Shown: piece after piece, positions 1-11,644 of the stretch | Numbering within the stretch: the first letter of the stretch is position 1 | How the letters are laid out: every line of letters starts with the position of its first letter | Assembly (NCBI GenBank): GCA_030704615.1 | Contig: CM060731.1 | Location: 40,486,001-40,550,000, forward strand | DNA length: 64,000 nucleotides | Direction: 5' to 3' | Source: Takakia lepidozioides | Taxonomy: Eukaryota; Plantae; Bryophyta | Made by a program: the position numbers and the translations under genes | The notes under the pieces: generated by a model | What the model was told of the DNA's origin: nothing | The model's database searches: none | Seen by the model: only the letters and a program-made list of their open reading frames with translations

Positions 1-1271
1 AAGCCGTCTTCCGACAGAATTGTGGCCAAGGCCATCTTATGGGCGGCTTGGAGCTGTATCTGTTTGGGTTTGGCACCCGGTCTCAACTTAACCTCCTCCT
101 GAATGAGCTGCTCTGCCTCGTGGGCAGCCTCCCGCGAGTTCCCCCTCGCCAATTTGTGACAATGGGAACCAACGTGTATGCAAGCTCGGGTGAGGTCTGG
201 GAAACGGTGCAACACATAGAACTGCTTGGCATTACAAACAGACATGCAGTGTGGTGGTTCTTTGCAATGCGCACACTTAAATGTGGAGTTCGGAACCTTC
301 TCCTGAGCACGAAATGGTTGATGAGCTGTGCCTGTCCAATCGGTCTCGTTCCTGTGACCTCTGGATTTAAAATAGAAGCAAGTTGGGGAGAAACACCGCA
401 ACGCGCCCGCACAAACAACGTAGCGCACCCGCACACCATCGAGCATCTTCATGCTGGTGGTTTTGGTGACGCACCAAGGATGACCGTCATGTTTTCTATC
501 CATATCTGTCAACATTCCGGACGCCCTCGAGTAGTCCGTCCGAGGAGGGAACTCAAAGAAGATATTACCGTCGACGTCTGCGGGAAGGCATGTAACCGAT
601 TTAATTGCGAACTTGCTGTAGTCCAGCCCGGCCAGCTCCGAGCGGTGTCCCTCCATGTGAAGCCCTCGCAAAATTTCAAGAATAGATCAAACTGCAGTGC
701 TCGTGCTGGGAATATGACTCCCTCGTCCACTGACGTCCATTGGGGACTTGCCTGATCTCCAGGACGACCTCGGAACTTCCATGACCTCGTCTGAGTCGGA
801 CAGGTTGTGAACAACCCGGTTCTCGCTCGTCTTCATGGATGGGTTCGGCTCTGGATTTACTTCGTTGCGGACTTCTCTCTTTGAGGTAGCCACTCTCTGA
901 TTCGCGGATTGTTTCGTGGAAGGCGCCAGGATAGAAGGTGCATTTGGCGGGCAAATGAAGTCCCCAACAGCCCTATATATGACGTTGTCCGATGGTGGAA
1001 CTCGCCATTCCCTGCCATCGCCGAAATCATCGTGGAGCACAACAATACTCTCGACAACAACGCCGTTTGAGTCCTTCCTTTCCTCCTCCAAAAAAACCGA
1101 CCCCGGTTTCAGGTGGTATCGAACGCACACATATTTCTCCATCACCCGGCAGATGTCCCCTCTGCACGGAAATGAAGCTCTATGCTCGTGAGGAGGGCAG
1201 TACACTGTAGCGCTCGGGTTTTCCGCCATGGGAGATGTGCACACAAGACTCCCAGGATGGCGTGCGGGCAA
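1..1271 (-). pseudogene. GCM/WRKY-GCM1-like zinc-finger protein, probably the N-terminal part of a DNA-transposon (MULE-related) transposase; one in-frame TGA; continues beyond the left edge
   Basis: Manual translation: ORF 687-1271 ends at TGA (687-689), but the same frame stays open to base 1: SILEILRGLH...CLPADVDGNIFFEFPP...MDRKHDGHPWCVTKTTS...RYVVCAGALRCFSPTC...NETDWTG...FKCAHCKEPPHCMSVCNAKQFYV...TRACIHVGSHCHKL. The Cys pairs and terminal GxHxH resemble the GCM fold. The likely start is MAENPS at ~1229. Confidence 0.6.
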
Positions 1272-1499
1272 GCTCCCTGGTAGAAGGGGGATGCAGCGAT
1301 GGGAAGGAATGCGGTGCCGATTTGTCCGAGCGACAAAGCCTGATCCAAATCCAGGGAGCCAACTATCTCAAAAATCCACAGTCAGAGTGTTAATAAACCT
1401 TGTCTCAGGAACGCGGCCCCTGGTCTTTGCGCAATAACTGCCAACGGTATGCAGTCAGAAAGTGGGGGGCCGTCCGGATGATGTCGGCTGAAGGGGAGA

Positions 1500-2630
1500 A
1501 GCCGGCACCGTGCCGTCACATTACTACCCCCGGATGAAAATTCGGCACCGAATATCCAGCAGGGGCCGCACGAATGAAGTCACCTCGGGCACGGAGGCCG
1601 GAACCTATCCGACACAGAACAACCCCCGGATGGAAATTCAGCGCCGAATTTCCATTCGGATCCCCCCAAAGGAAGTCGTGTCGGGGGGTTAGGCCGAAAA
1701 CTGGCCGTCATAAAAACCTCCCCGGATGGAAAAACGGCGCCGAATTTCCATCCGAGGCCGTTCAGATGCAGTCGGGGAGGGGGGAGAGGCCGGCACCTGG
1801 CCCTCACATTACAACCCCTGGACGGAAATTCGGCACCGAATATCCAACAGGGGAAGCCCGGATGAAGTCGCCTTGGGCGTAGAGGCCGGCGCTAATTCGA
1901 CAGAGAGCATCCCCTGGATGGAGATTCGGCGCCGAATTTCCATCCGGGCCCCACCAAACGAAGTCATGTCGGGGGGGCAGGCCGAAAACTGGCCGACATA
2001 AAAACCTCCCCAGATGGGAAAACGGCGCCGAATTTCCATCCGGGGCCGTTCGGATGCAGTCGGGGAGGGGGGAGAGGCCAGCACCTGGCCGTCACATTTC
2101 AACCCCCGGACGGAAATTCGGCACCGAATATCCAACAGGTGACGCCCGGACGAAGTCGCCTCGGGCGTAGAGGCCGACACCTGTCCGACAGAGATCATCC
2201 CCTGGATGGAAATTCGCCGCCGAATTTCCATCCGGGCCCCCTCAAAAGAAGTCCGGTCGGGTGGTGAGGCCCAAAACTGGACGATATAAAAACCGAACAG
2301 GATGGAAAAACGGCGCCGAATTTCCGTGCGGGGCGGTTCGGATGCAGTCGGGGAGGGGGGAGAGGCCGGCACCTGGCCGTCACATTTCAACCCCCGGACG
2401 GAAATTCGGCACGGAATATCCAACAGGTGACGCCCGGACGAAGTCGCCTCGGGCGTAGAGGCCGGCACCTGTCCGACAGATACCATCCCCCGGATGGAAA
2501 TTCGCCGCCGAATTTCCATCCGGGCCCCCTCAAAGGAAGTCCGGTCGGGTGGTGAGGCCCAAAACTGGACGATATAAAAACCGAACAGGATGGAAAAACG
2601 GCGCCGAATTTCCGTCCGAGGCCGTTCGGA
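1500..2630. repeat. Tandem array of 4 x 288-bp units, each made of three ~96-bp subunits carrying a 30-bp palindrome
   Basis: Palindrome variants start at ~1531, 1628, 1724, 1819, 1916, 2012, 2108, 2204, 2299, 2396, 2492 and 2587. Equivalent copies are 288 bp apart (1628/1916/2204/2492), matching the 96-aa repeat in ORF 1809-2657. Confidence 0.9.
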
Positions 2631-2779
2631 TTTCCCTCTAGCAGTCAAGGATTCCATGAAAAACGTGTCTAAAAGTGGACTTCAGCCACAAAACTAAAAG
2701 TTTACTTTGTTTTTCTTCGAAAAACCAAGTGGCCACGCTCAGAATTACCTCCAGGAAGGTAATTCGGTGCTTCAACTTA

Positions 2780-3490
2780 CCTGGCGGATGGAAATTCGGC
2801 GCCGAATTTCCATTCGCCAGCGATCCGAGTAACCTGCTGGATGGAAATTCGGCGCCGGATTTCCATCCATCCGGGCTTCGAATTCTGCAGGATGGAAATT
2901 CGGCGCCGAATTTCCATCCTGATCCGCTCCGAATTACCTGCATGACACAAATTTTGCGCGCCGCCCTACCTGCCGGATGGAAATTCGGCGCCGCATTTCC
3001 ATCCATCCGCTCCGAATTACCTGCGTGGCGGAAATTTCGCGCCCCGCCCTACCCGGCAGGATGGAAATCCGGCGCCGGATTTCCATCCATCCGCTCCGAA
3101 TTACCTGCTTGGCGGAAATTTCGCGTGCCGCCCTACCTGACAGGATGGAAATCCGGCGCCGGATTTCCATCCATCCGCTCCGAATTACCTGCGTGGCGGA
3201 AATTTCGCGCCCCGCCGTACCCGGCAGGATGGAAATCCGGCGCCGGATTTCCATCCATCCGCTCCGAATTACCTGCTTGGCGGAAATTTCGCGCGCCGCC
3301 CTACCTGACAGGATGGAAATCCGGCGCTGGATTTCCATCCATCCGGCTCCGAATTACCTGCGTGGCGGAAATTTCGCGCGCCGCCCTACCTGGCAGGATG
3401 GAAATTCGGCGCTGAATTTCCATCCTGCTGCTCTCCGAATTACCTGCATGAGGGAAATTTTGCGCGCCGCCGTACCTGGCGGATGGGCAT
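2780..3490. repeat. Tandem array of 84-bp units (alternating A/B, 168-bp higher order) with the same 30-bp palindrome core
   Basis: Cores at 2786, 2839, 2890, 2975, 3059, 3143, 3227, 3311 and 3396. Perfect 34-bp palindrome CAGGATGGAAATTCGGCGCCGAATTTCCATCCTG at 2888-2921. Spacers alternate ...cccggcagg / ...cctgacagg. Confidence 0.92.
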
Positions 3491-4687
3491 TAAATGTCCA
3501 CCGCCGTCCGTTTTTATTTGGGCTGGCGACACATGGCTTCCTCGATACGTACCCTAAATCTGATGCTAATCTTGGATTAACTTCTATTCGAGGCATGTAC
3601 CCCAAAAAACTGAGATCTTTTTCCATTTTGGCTGGGACTTATGCCGCCTGAAGGGCGTGGCTCTCCTGAGAGAGACCTCACATCCAAACCGCGGCGGAAG
3701 TTGAAAACTTTGTACTACGGACGACGGCCAATCTCTCGCATGGCCAAACTTAAGCTCCAGCAGGAGATTCCAGTGTCTTGCTCACAACCCGCGCCAACTG
3801 AAGCCGAGTACTCTCAGGCAAGCCACTTCTGCTTTCGCTTTGTTCGCTTTCGCTTTCGCTTTGTTGTTTCGCTTTGTTTTTGCATCTTCATCCTGTTATC
3901 GCTGGAAGCATGTCATTCTTAGGCATTGGTTGGATTTGTTTTCATTGTTGTTAAATGGCACTCCATACTTCCTAAACTTGTTTTGTTTTCATTGTTGTTC
4001 CACGATTGTTGCTATGGTGGTTGCGCTGCTCGTTGCCATTCTGGTTTTGGCACCGATGTTGGTTCTGACGATTTTGGGAATGACAGAGTGACGACGAGCC
4101 CAACACGCTGGTGGTATCATCGACCGCTCCAACTCATCGCATGTTTGAATCGCCCAACTTGGGGCGAGAGGGCAAACTTCAACCTTTTGTTGGTGGACGG
4201 GAGGACCTGCAGCAAGGGTACGACAGAATAGGCATTGGGGAGGTTGGTACAGGCGGCATGGCAGGTGAAGGGCGTGAGGACGTGAGGACGTGAGGAAAAC
4301 AGATCCGGCAATGGAGGTTGTTGATGCACATGCAGTAGGGCCCGCCCACGCAAAGAAGAAAAAGAAAGCTAAGCACATGCAATCCCCGGCGAGAGAGCCG
4401 TCACGGGCTGCGGAGGGGGGAGTGAGCAATGCGCGCGAGGGTGTTCGTCCTCAATCCTGCAATGGTGGTCCCTGGAGGGCTCAGTAAGAGAGGGGAGAGG
4501 CGAGACAGAAGGCTAGCCAGGAGGAAAGAGAAAAGGCCACTGAAGAGGCCAGGGGTGCCCAAATGACAGATGCCAATGTAAGCGAGGGACGCACAGAGAC
4601 GGTGGATCCCTCCAAGACACCACAAAGAGGCAGTAACACACCGGTTACACCATCGCGGACAAGAGCAGCCCCCGCAATTACCCATAC

Positions 4688-5416
4688 TGTCGCAGCCCTT
4701 TGCCTTGAGGGCAGGGGGTCGGGACACATGAGGGGCTGCCCCTGTGGTGGGGGCAGTGGCAGCGATAGGTACGGGGGGCTGAAGCACCCTTGAGTGCCCA
4801 AGGCACTCAAGGAGGCGGAGATGCTCACTAGGGGGAGCCCCGCACACCGGGATGCGGTGGGGGTGGCTTTACAAAAGGGGTGGTGGTAGCTTAGCGGGAC
4901 TTAGTGGGGGTGGCATAGGACTCATCTTGGGGCGGAGACCTCGTGGTGGGAGTCGTGGGGAGTCTCGGGACTCATCACGGTCCATAGGGGCCATGGTGGG
5001 TGGGCCAAGACTCACCGCGACTCATCACCGGGAGTCGAGGGTTTTCGTGGTGGTTCGCCATAAAATGGCATGGTTGTTTGTGAAACCCCCGCGGACAGCT
5101 ACAGAAGTATATATAGGGAGTAGTAACCCCGAGAACGGTGCAAGCCCGTTGGTGACCGAAAACTAGGGAGTAAGCGAGCGAGCCGGAAAGCGACCAAAGA
5201 GTGGGGAGCTGTTCCGGACTGCCAACTACAAAAGGGAATTCCTGCTGGGCCCAAATCGGTGGAGGGTTCTTTGGGAGATCAAAGGGGGACCGTTATGCCC
5301 CGGTGAGCAGCCGAAGCTCCAAGTTGGCCCGGCGGCCAGGTTGGGAGTTAGGCGCGCGCATCAAAGCGAGTAACTATGACTTGAAGGGGGAGCTTACCGA
5401 AGTGAGGTGCGCGACA
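4688..5416 (+). repeat. 5' LTR of copy 1 (729 bp)
   Basis: Starts TGTCGC, ends GCGACA, followed by the PBS; roughly 15-20 differences from the 3' LTR counted by eye. Confidence 0.95.
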
Positions 5417-5418
5417 CT

Positions 5419-5430
5419 TGGTATCAGAGC
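5419..5430 (+). promoter_or_regulatory. Primer-binding site complementary to initiator tRNA-Met
   Basis: TGGTATCAGAGC two bases after the LTR end. Confidence 0.95.
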
Positions 5431-5471
5431 TTAGAGTTCAGTACGTGATCGTCCTTGGGATTGGCCTCATC

Positions 5472-8400
5472 ATGGGGTCGGGCAAACCAAAGCGAAAGCG
5501 GAACGGCCCAAAAGATGATGATCCTGGTGAGCCCGATGGGGGCGACGTGTCACCGAGGCGGCCGTTTGAGGAAGCGATGCATGTTTCCGAAAACGAGGCC
5601 GCTCAAGAGCGGGAGGAATCCGAGGAGTCGGAGCCCAAGGAATCCCTGAGAGCTCCGACCGACCAACAGATGTCTCCCATGCCGGCAGCCTTTTGGGAAG
5701 GGTTGTTGGCGCAGTTTGGCGGGACGTTGAAAGACGTGTTGAAGGCGGCTAATGCCACTTCCACTAAGGCAAAGTTTAAGGTGAAGCCTAAGAACCCGGC
5801 ACCTTCGGAGCGTCCGATATCGGAAGGCACTCAACACCTGGCTCCTGGAGCTAGAGCAGTACTTCCGGGCGGCCAAGTTGAGTGACGAGGATCGGGTGGA
5901 AGTGGCTCCCACCTATTTGAGGGGCTATGCTCAACAATGGTGGCAGAAATGCCTTCACGACCAAGGTCCAAGCCCGGAAACCTTGAACTGGAGTGGGTTC
6001 AAGGAATTGATGAAGAGACAGTTTGTGCCCCTTAACGCGTCCTGGCTCGCCCGGGACAAGATGAGGAATTTGAAGCAAACAGATGACATTCGGGGATATG
6101 TCCAGCTTTCAATGTGCTTTTGCTCGAAGTCGCGGACATGGCAGAACCAGAAATGGTCTTCAACTTTGTGGCGGGACTGGCCCCATGGGCAAGGCGGAAG
6201 TTGGAGGAGAAGCCACCTAAGACTTTGAACGAGGCAATTGAGAGGGCTGAATGTATGTCCCTAGGGGTGAAAGACAAGGCCGTACGGAGCTGAACCACAA
6301 GAAGACCCGGCGGGAAGGTGACCCCTTCCGACCGGAAAAGAAGTGGGATAGGCCACGCGGTGACAATGGCACGTGGAAATCGAAGGGAGGGCCTTCACAC
6401 GTCAAGGCGGCACCCGGTGCTTCGAAAGGAAAAGCGGGTGGAGCGGCTTATGGCGGACAGAAGACCACCTTTGATGGAGTGTGTTTCAATTGCGGGGAGC
6501 CCGGGCACATGGCCAAGAAGTGCACAAAACCTCGACAATTGAACATGACTTGGGCAACCACGGAGCTGTCGGAAGATACCATCAGTCGCTTGGTGGAAGC
6601 GGTGGTCGCCAGGACTTGCAAGGTAGGCAACTATTCTTGTGAGTTGTATCAGGAAACTGGCGCCCTACGTAAAGGGAGTCAGTTATTGTTTGTGGATGGG
6701 ATAATATCCGGATCTAATGTGTCGTTGTTGGTGGACACAGGAGCGTCACACTCCTTCATGACGCCGGCGGCGGCGCAAAAGTTGGGACTCCCGACAAGTG
6801 ACGTGGGGCCTCTATTGAGGTGCGTTCTGCCAAAGGAGAACCCCAACTGGCGACAAGGTTGGCGTTTGATGTTCCTCTTCAACTGGGGAGTTGGAAGGGA
6901 CGTGAGAACTTCACCATCTGCGAGATCGATGGAGTGGATCTCATTTTGGGGATGACCTTTTTGAGCAAATCCGGAGCGGTCATAGATGGCCGCAAAAGAG
7001 TAGTCACGCTACCATGTCGGAATGGTGGCGAGGTCTTACGAGTGTCAGAAACGCCCAAACCCGTGGGAGGGCGAATAAGCCTTCTGTCAGCAAGGGAGTG
7101 GGCCGTGGAGGAGGCACACGAGCCCCAATTTTTGCTCTACATTAGAGAAGTGAAGGGGGAAGGCGATGGGGAGCCGAGCCCAGATTGGATCAAGGGGATT
7201 TTGGAGAAATACCAGGATGTGATGCCGGAGGATTTACCAAGCGGTTTGCCACCGCGAAGAGGAGTTGACCACAAGATTGAGGTGATACCGGGATCGGAAC
7301 CGCCTGCCAAGGCGCCCTACCGGTTGAGCCACAGAGAGTTGGTCGAGCTGAAGACTCAGCTCAAAGATCTAATGTCAAAGGGGTACATCCGGCCGAGTAA
7401 GTCACCTTACGGAGCCCCGGTGCTATTTGCAGATAAAAAGGATGGGACGCTGCGGATGTGTGTCGATTACAGGGCTTTGAATAAGGTGACTATCAAAAAC
7501 CGGTACCCTTTGCCAAGGATCGACGACCTCTTCGATCGGTTGGCAGGAGCGAAGTATTTCAGCCGGATCGACTTGCGCTCCGGCTATCATCAAATTCGGG
7601 TGGCGGAAGGAGATGAGGAGAAGACCGCGTGCAGGACAAGGTATGGTTCATATGAGTTCTTGGTGATGCCTTTTGGGCTCACCAATGCACCAGCGACATT
7701 TAGCACGCTGATGAACAGCCTTTTTCAGGAGTGGTTGGATGACTTTGTGATCGTGTACATCGACGACATCTTGGTGTACTCGAAAACAAAGGAGGAGCAC
7801 CTGGAGCACCTAAAAAAGGTGTTCCAAAAATTGCGGGAAGGGAAGCTATACGCCAAAGCTTCAAAGTGCGAATTCGGGGTCACAAAAGTGGAGTTCTTGG
7901 GGCATGTGATTACACAGGATGGGATCAAAATGGATGACAGAAAGGTGAGGGCGATCTTGGACTGGGAGCCTCCGACTTCGGTCCCGGGAGTGCGATCCTT
8001 CCTAGGACTCGCCTCCTATTACCCAAAGTATGTGAGAAATTTCGCCAAGATCGTGGGGCCGCTGTCGGACCTTCTGTGTAAATCCAAAGTCTGGGTATGG
8101 AACACATTTTGTGGCCAAGCTTTTGCTGAATTGAAGCAGCGGATGACGGAAGCTCCAGTCTTGAAAATCCCGGAGTTCGATCGTCCGTTTGAGATTCATA
8201 CAGATGCATCGGACTTCGCAATTGGGGGTGTACTTATGCAAGATGGACGTCCAGTGGCTTACGAAAGTAAGAAACTAAATGAAGTGGAGCGACGGTGGCC
8301 GACGCACGAAAAAGAGATGAAGGCGGTGGTGCATTGCCTTGAGCTTTGTGCCACTATGTTGGTTCCAACCCAGTGAAGGTGTTCACGGACAATGTCACGG

Positions 8401-10020
8401 TGAAGTATTTTGCCACGCAGCCCAAGTTGTCCCCAAAACAACTTAGGTGGCAAGATACTTTGGCAGTGTTCGACGTGGATATCCAGTACAAACCGGGACG
8501 GGACAATGTGGTGGCCGATGCTTTAAGTAGAAAGCAGCAGCTCTTGTTGGTGTACAAGGGCGAGACGGCGCTCCAAAGGAAGATCCGGAAGGCTTGCCGG
8601 AAGGATGAGCTGGCAAAGTGCGTGATGCAGGACTTGAGAATGGGGGTTAAATCGCAGTTCCACTTGCAAAATGGACTGCTCCGGTATAAGCAAAAACGTC
8701 TCTATGTGCCAAAGGGAGGGATCAGGGATAGTCTCTTGAGAGAATGCCATGATAGCCCGCTTGCGGGCCACGGTGGAGCCAAGCGCACTGCGGCACTCCT
8801 GAAGAAAGAATATTTCTGGCCCAAACTGAGGGAGGAGGCAGAGGAGTATGTCAAGACATGCACCACATGCCAACAAAACCGGAGCGAGTACAAAAACAAG
8901 CGGGGCTGTTACAACCCTTGCCGATTCCAGAGGGGACTTGGGAAAGCGTCTCGATGGATTTCATGACTGCTATGCCGCTGTCAAAAGGATTCGATGCAAT
9001 CATGGTGGTGGTGGATAAGTTCAGTAAAATGGGCCATTTCATCCCCACCAAGGAGACGGCAACGGCGCAGGAGACAGGGCGACTTTACTTCGCCCACGTC
9101 TTAAAGCATCATGGAGTCCCGAAGGATATTGTCTCGGACCGCGATCCAAAGTTTACGAGTAAATTTTGGAGGACACTTTGGAAGAAGATGGGGACAAGGC
9201 TGAAGATGAGCACCGCCTTCCGACCTACGACCACGGCCAAACGGAAAGAGTGAATTCCGTAGTGAAGCAGATCTTGCGGAATTACGTGTCGGCAGACCAA
9301 TCAGACTGGGTGGAACACTTAGACGCGGTAGAGTTCTGTTATAATAACACAGAACACTCCGCAACGGGAGTTTCCCCTTTCGTATAGGTCTATGGAAAAG
9401 CACCTCTGGTGCCGACAAGTTGGGCCGCCCAGGATGTTGAGGAACTGGCAGTAGCGGCAGTACTGGAAGAACGCGAGTGTTTGTTGAAGCTCGCAAAGTA
9501 CAACATTGCCAAAGCTAGGAAACGGTATGAAAGGCAGGCGAATCGGTAGCGGAGGGAAGTGAAGTTTGAGGTAGGCACGGAGGTCTGGTTGAACATCAAG
9601 AATTTCCGACTACCTCCGGAAGTGAGTGCAAAGTTCGTACCTCCGTATGCGGGACCCTTTCGCATCCGGAAGGTTATGAATGAGGATGTGTATGAATTGG
9701 AGCTGCCGGCAAACAACAAGGTGCATCCGGTATTCCACGTCTCTCTTTTGAAGCCTTACTTCAAAGATGAAGCGCGTCCGAATCGACATCAAGTGTTGCG
9801 TCCGCCACCTGTGCTGTTGGATCATGAAAATGAACTTGAGTACGAAGTGGAGGCAGTACTTAAGTCGAGGAGGTTCAAGAACCAAGAAACGGAGTATCTC
9901 GTCAAATAGAAAGGCTATCATCATGTGGAGGCATCTTGGGTGCGTGCCTCAGAAATGGGAAACGCATCCAAGGCGGTTGCAGTTTTTGAAGGACGACCTC
10001 AAAAGCGGAAGAAGCGTTGA
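5472..10020 (+). pseudogene. gag-pol polyprotein of copy 1 (frameshifts and stops)
   Basis: Zinc knuckle [14 protein letters not shown], protease [18 protein letters not shown], RNase [12 protein letters not shown], integrase ECHDSPLAGHGG...CTTCQ, SMDF/VSDRD, GPF motif, chromodomain YEVEAVL...YLVK*KGY...ASW. Confidence 0.95.
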
Positions 10021-10905
10021 TGGGGACATCAACCTTGGAGCGTGGGGGAGGAAATGCATGCTTAGCCCGGCTTAGCTAGCTCAGGAATCCGATTGCAAAA
10101 ACTTGTATTGTACAAAAATTTGTTATAAAGGAAATGGGTTCCAAATGTTGTGCATCCTATTTTGTTTGGAATGGTGATGCATGGTGTGGTTGGCTAGTGT
10201 GTAGAATGCATGCTAGCTTACAAAAGTGGGAGAGGTAAATTGGGTTAATCGTGTGTTTGCGCAGTGCCGAAATCGAGTGACTCCCATCCAAGGGGCAAGG
10301 AAACATGCGCCTTCTTTGGGAGTTCACGTGCTAGTGCGCACCTGGCGCGTGCGCGTACTATAACTGCGCTACCGAGGTGGTTGCCTTGTAGTGCGGGCTA
10401 ACGCGGAAGCTACGTGCTTCCGTTCACGTACTATAATCGTGTAGCCTCGGGACGAAGTCGTAGTGCGGCTTCGACGTGTTCCCGTACCTCAGGCCAGCAT
10501 TCCAAGACGGACCCAATTGTAGTGATTGGGGCGCACGGTTGGTTATCTTCCTAGTCAAAGGGGGTTCGAGGTGAACCCTTGTGCAAGGTGATGCCAAAAG
10601 CGGCATCATGAACGATCGCAAGCAATGTTGTTGCAGTAAGGCGATTCGATCCTCGGGGAGGATCGTTCCTTGGCCTTGAAGTAGGCCAAGAAGAGTGCAC
10701 TGGGAGGAGCTTGAGAGGCTCCACCCGGCCGGGACTTGGAGGAAGTCGGCCGAACTAGCTAGTGGAGAGTAGAGTCAAGTGTGGGGTTTCGTTCTTTGCC
10801 ATGGGACGCCATGGTACGGAAACAAACTCCTTGATGTGGGACGCCACAACTTGGATGTTCGTTTCTACAAAATGGACAAGTCGATGAGGACATCGACTCC
10901 CTGTT

Positions 10906-10917
10906 GGTAGGGGTGTG
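10906..10917 (+). promoter_or_regulatory. Short polypurine tract of copy 1
   Basis: GGTAGGGGTGTG immediately before the 3' LTR; the same sequence precedes 20445 in copy 2. Confidence 0.65.
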
Positions 10918-11644
10918 TGTCGCGGCCCTTTGCCTTGAGGGCAGGGGGTCGGGACACATGAGGGGCTGCCCCTGTGGTGGGGGCAATGGCAGCGATAGGT
11001 ATGGGGGGCTGAAGCACCCTTGAGTGCCCAAGGCACTCAAGGAGGCGGAGGTGCTCACTAGGGGGAGCCCCGCACACCAGGATGCGGTCGGGTGGCTTCA
11101 CAAAAGGGGTGGTGGTAGCTTAGCGGGACTTAGTGGGGGTGGCATAGGACTCACCTTGGGGCGGAGACCTCGTGGTGGGAGTCGTGGGGAGTCTTGGGAC
11201 TCATCACGGTCCATAGGGGCCATGGTGGGTGGGCCAAGACTCACCGCGACTCATCACCGGGAGTCGAGGGTTTTCGTGGTGGTTTGCCATAAAATGGCAT
11301 GGTTGTTTGTGAAACCCCCGCGGACAGCTACAGAAGTATATATAGGGAGTAGTAACCCCGAGAACGGTGCAAGCCCGTTGGTGACCAAAAACTAGTGAGT
11401 AAGCGAGCGAGCCGGAAAGCGACCAAAGAGTGGGGAGCTATTCGGGACTGCCAACTACAAAAGGGAATTCCCGCTGGGCCCAAATCGGTGGAGGGTTCTT
11501 TGGGAGATCAAAGGGGGACCGTTATGCCCCGGTGAGCAGCCGAAGCTCCAAGTTGGCCCGGCGGCCAGGTTGGGAGTTAGGCGCGCGCATCAAAGCGAGT
11601 AACTATGACTTGAAGGGGAGCTTACCGAAGTGAGGTGCACGACA
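10918..11644 (+). repeat. 3' LTR of copy 1 (727 bp)
   Basis: TGTCGC...ACGACA followed by TSD CATAC. Confidence 0.95.

Larger units (their letters stand above)
4688..11644 (+). mobile_element. Full-length Ty3/gypsy LTR retrotransposon (chromovirus), copy 1
   Basis: TG...CA LTR pair, 5-bp TSD CATAC (4683-4687 and 11645-11649), tRNA-Met PBS, domain order gag-PR-RT-RH-IN-chromodomain. Confidence 0.97.

Noticed and set aside
39-755. 238-aa plus-strand ORF
   Set aside because: Antisense shadow of the minus-strand GCM-like frame.
1500-3490. CRISPR-like array (regularly spaced ~30-bp palindromic repeats)
   Set aside because: The spacers are themselves repeated rather than unique, there are no cas genes, and the context is eukaryotic.
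1574-3651. Long repetitive ORFs (MEIRRRISI / WKFGAEFPS) on both strands
   Set aside because: They are by-products of palindromic tandem units whose lengths are multiples of 3; no evidence of coding.
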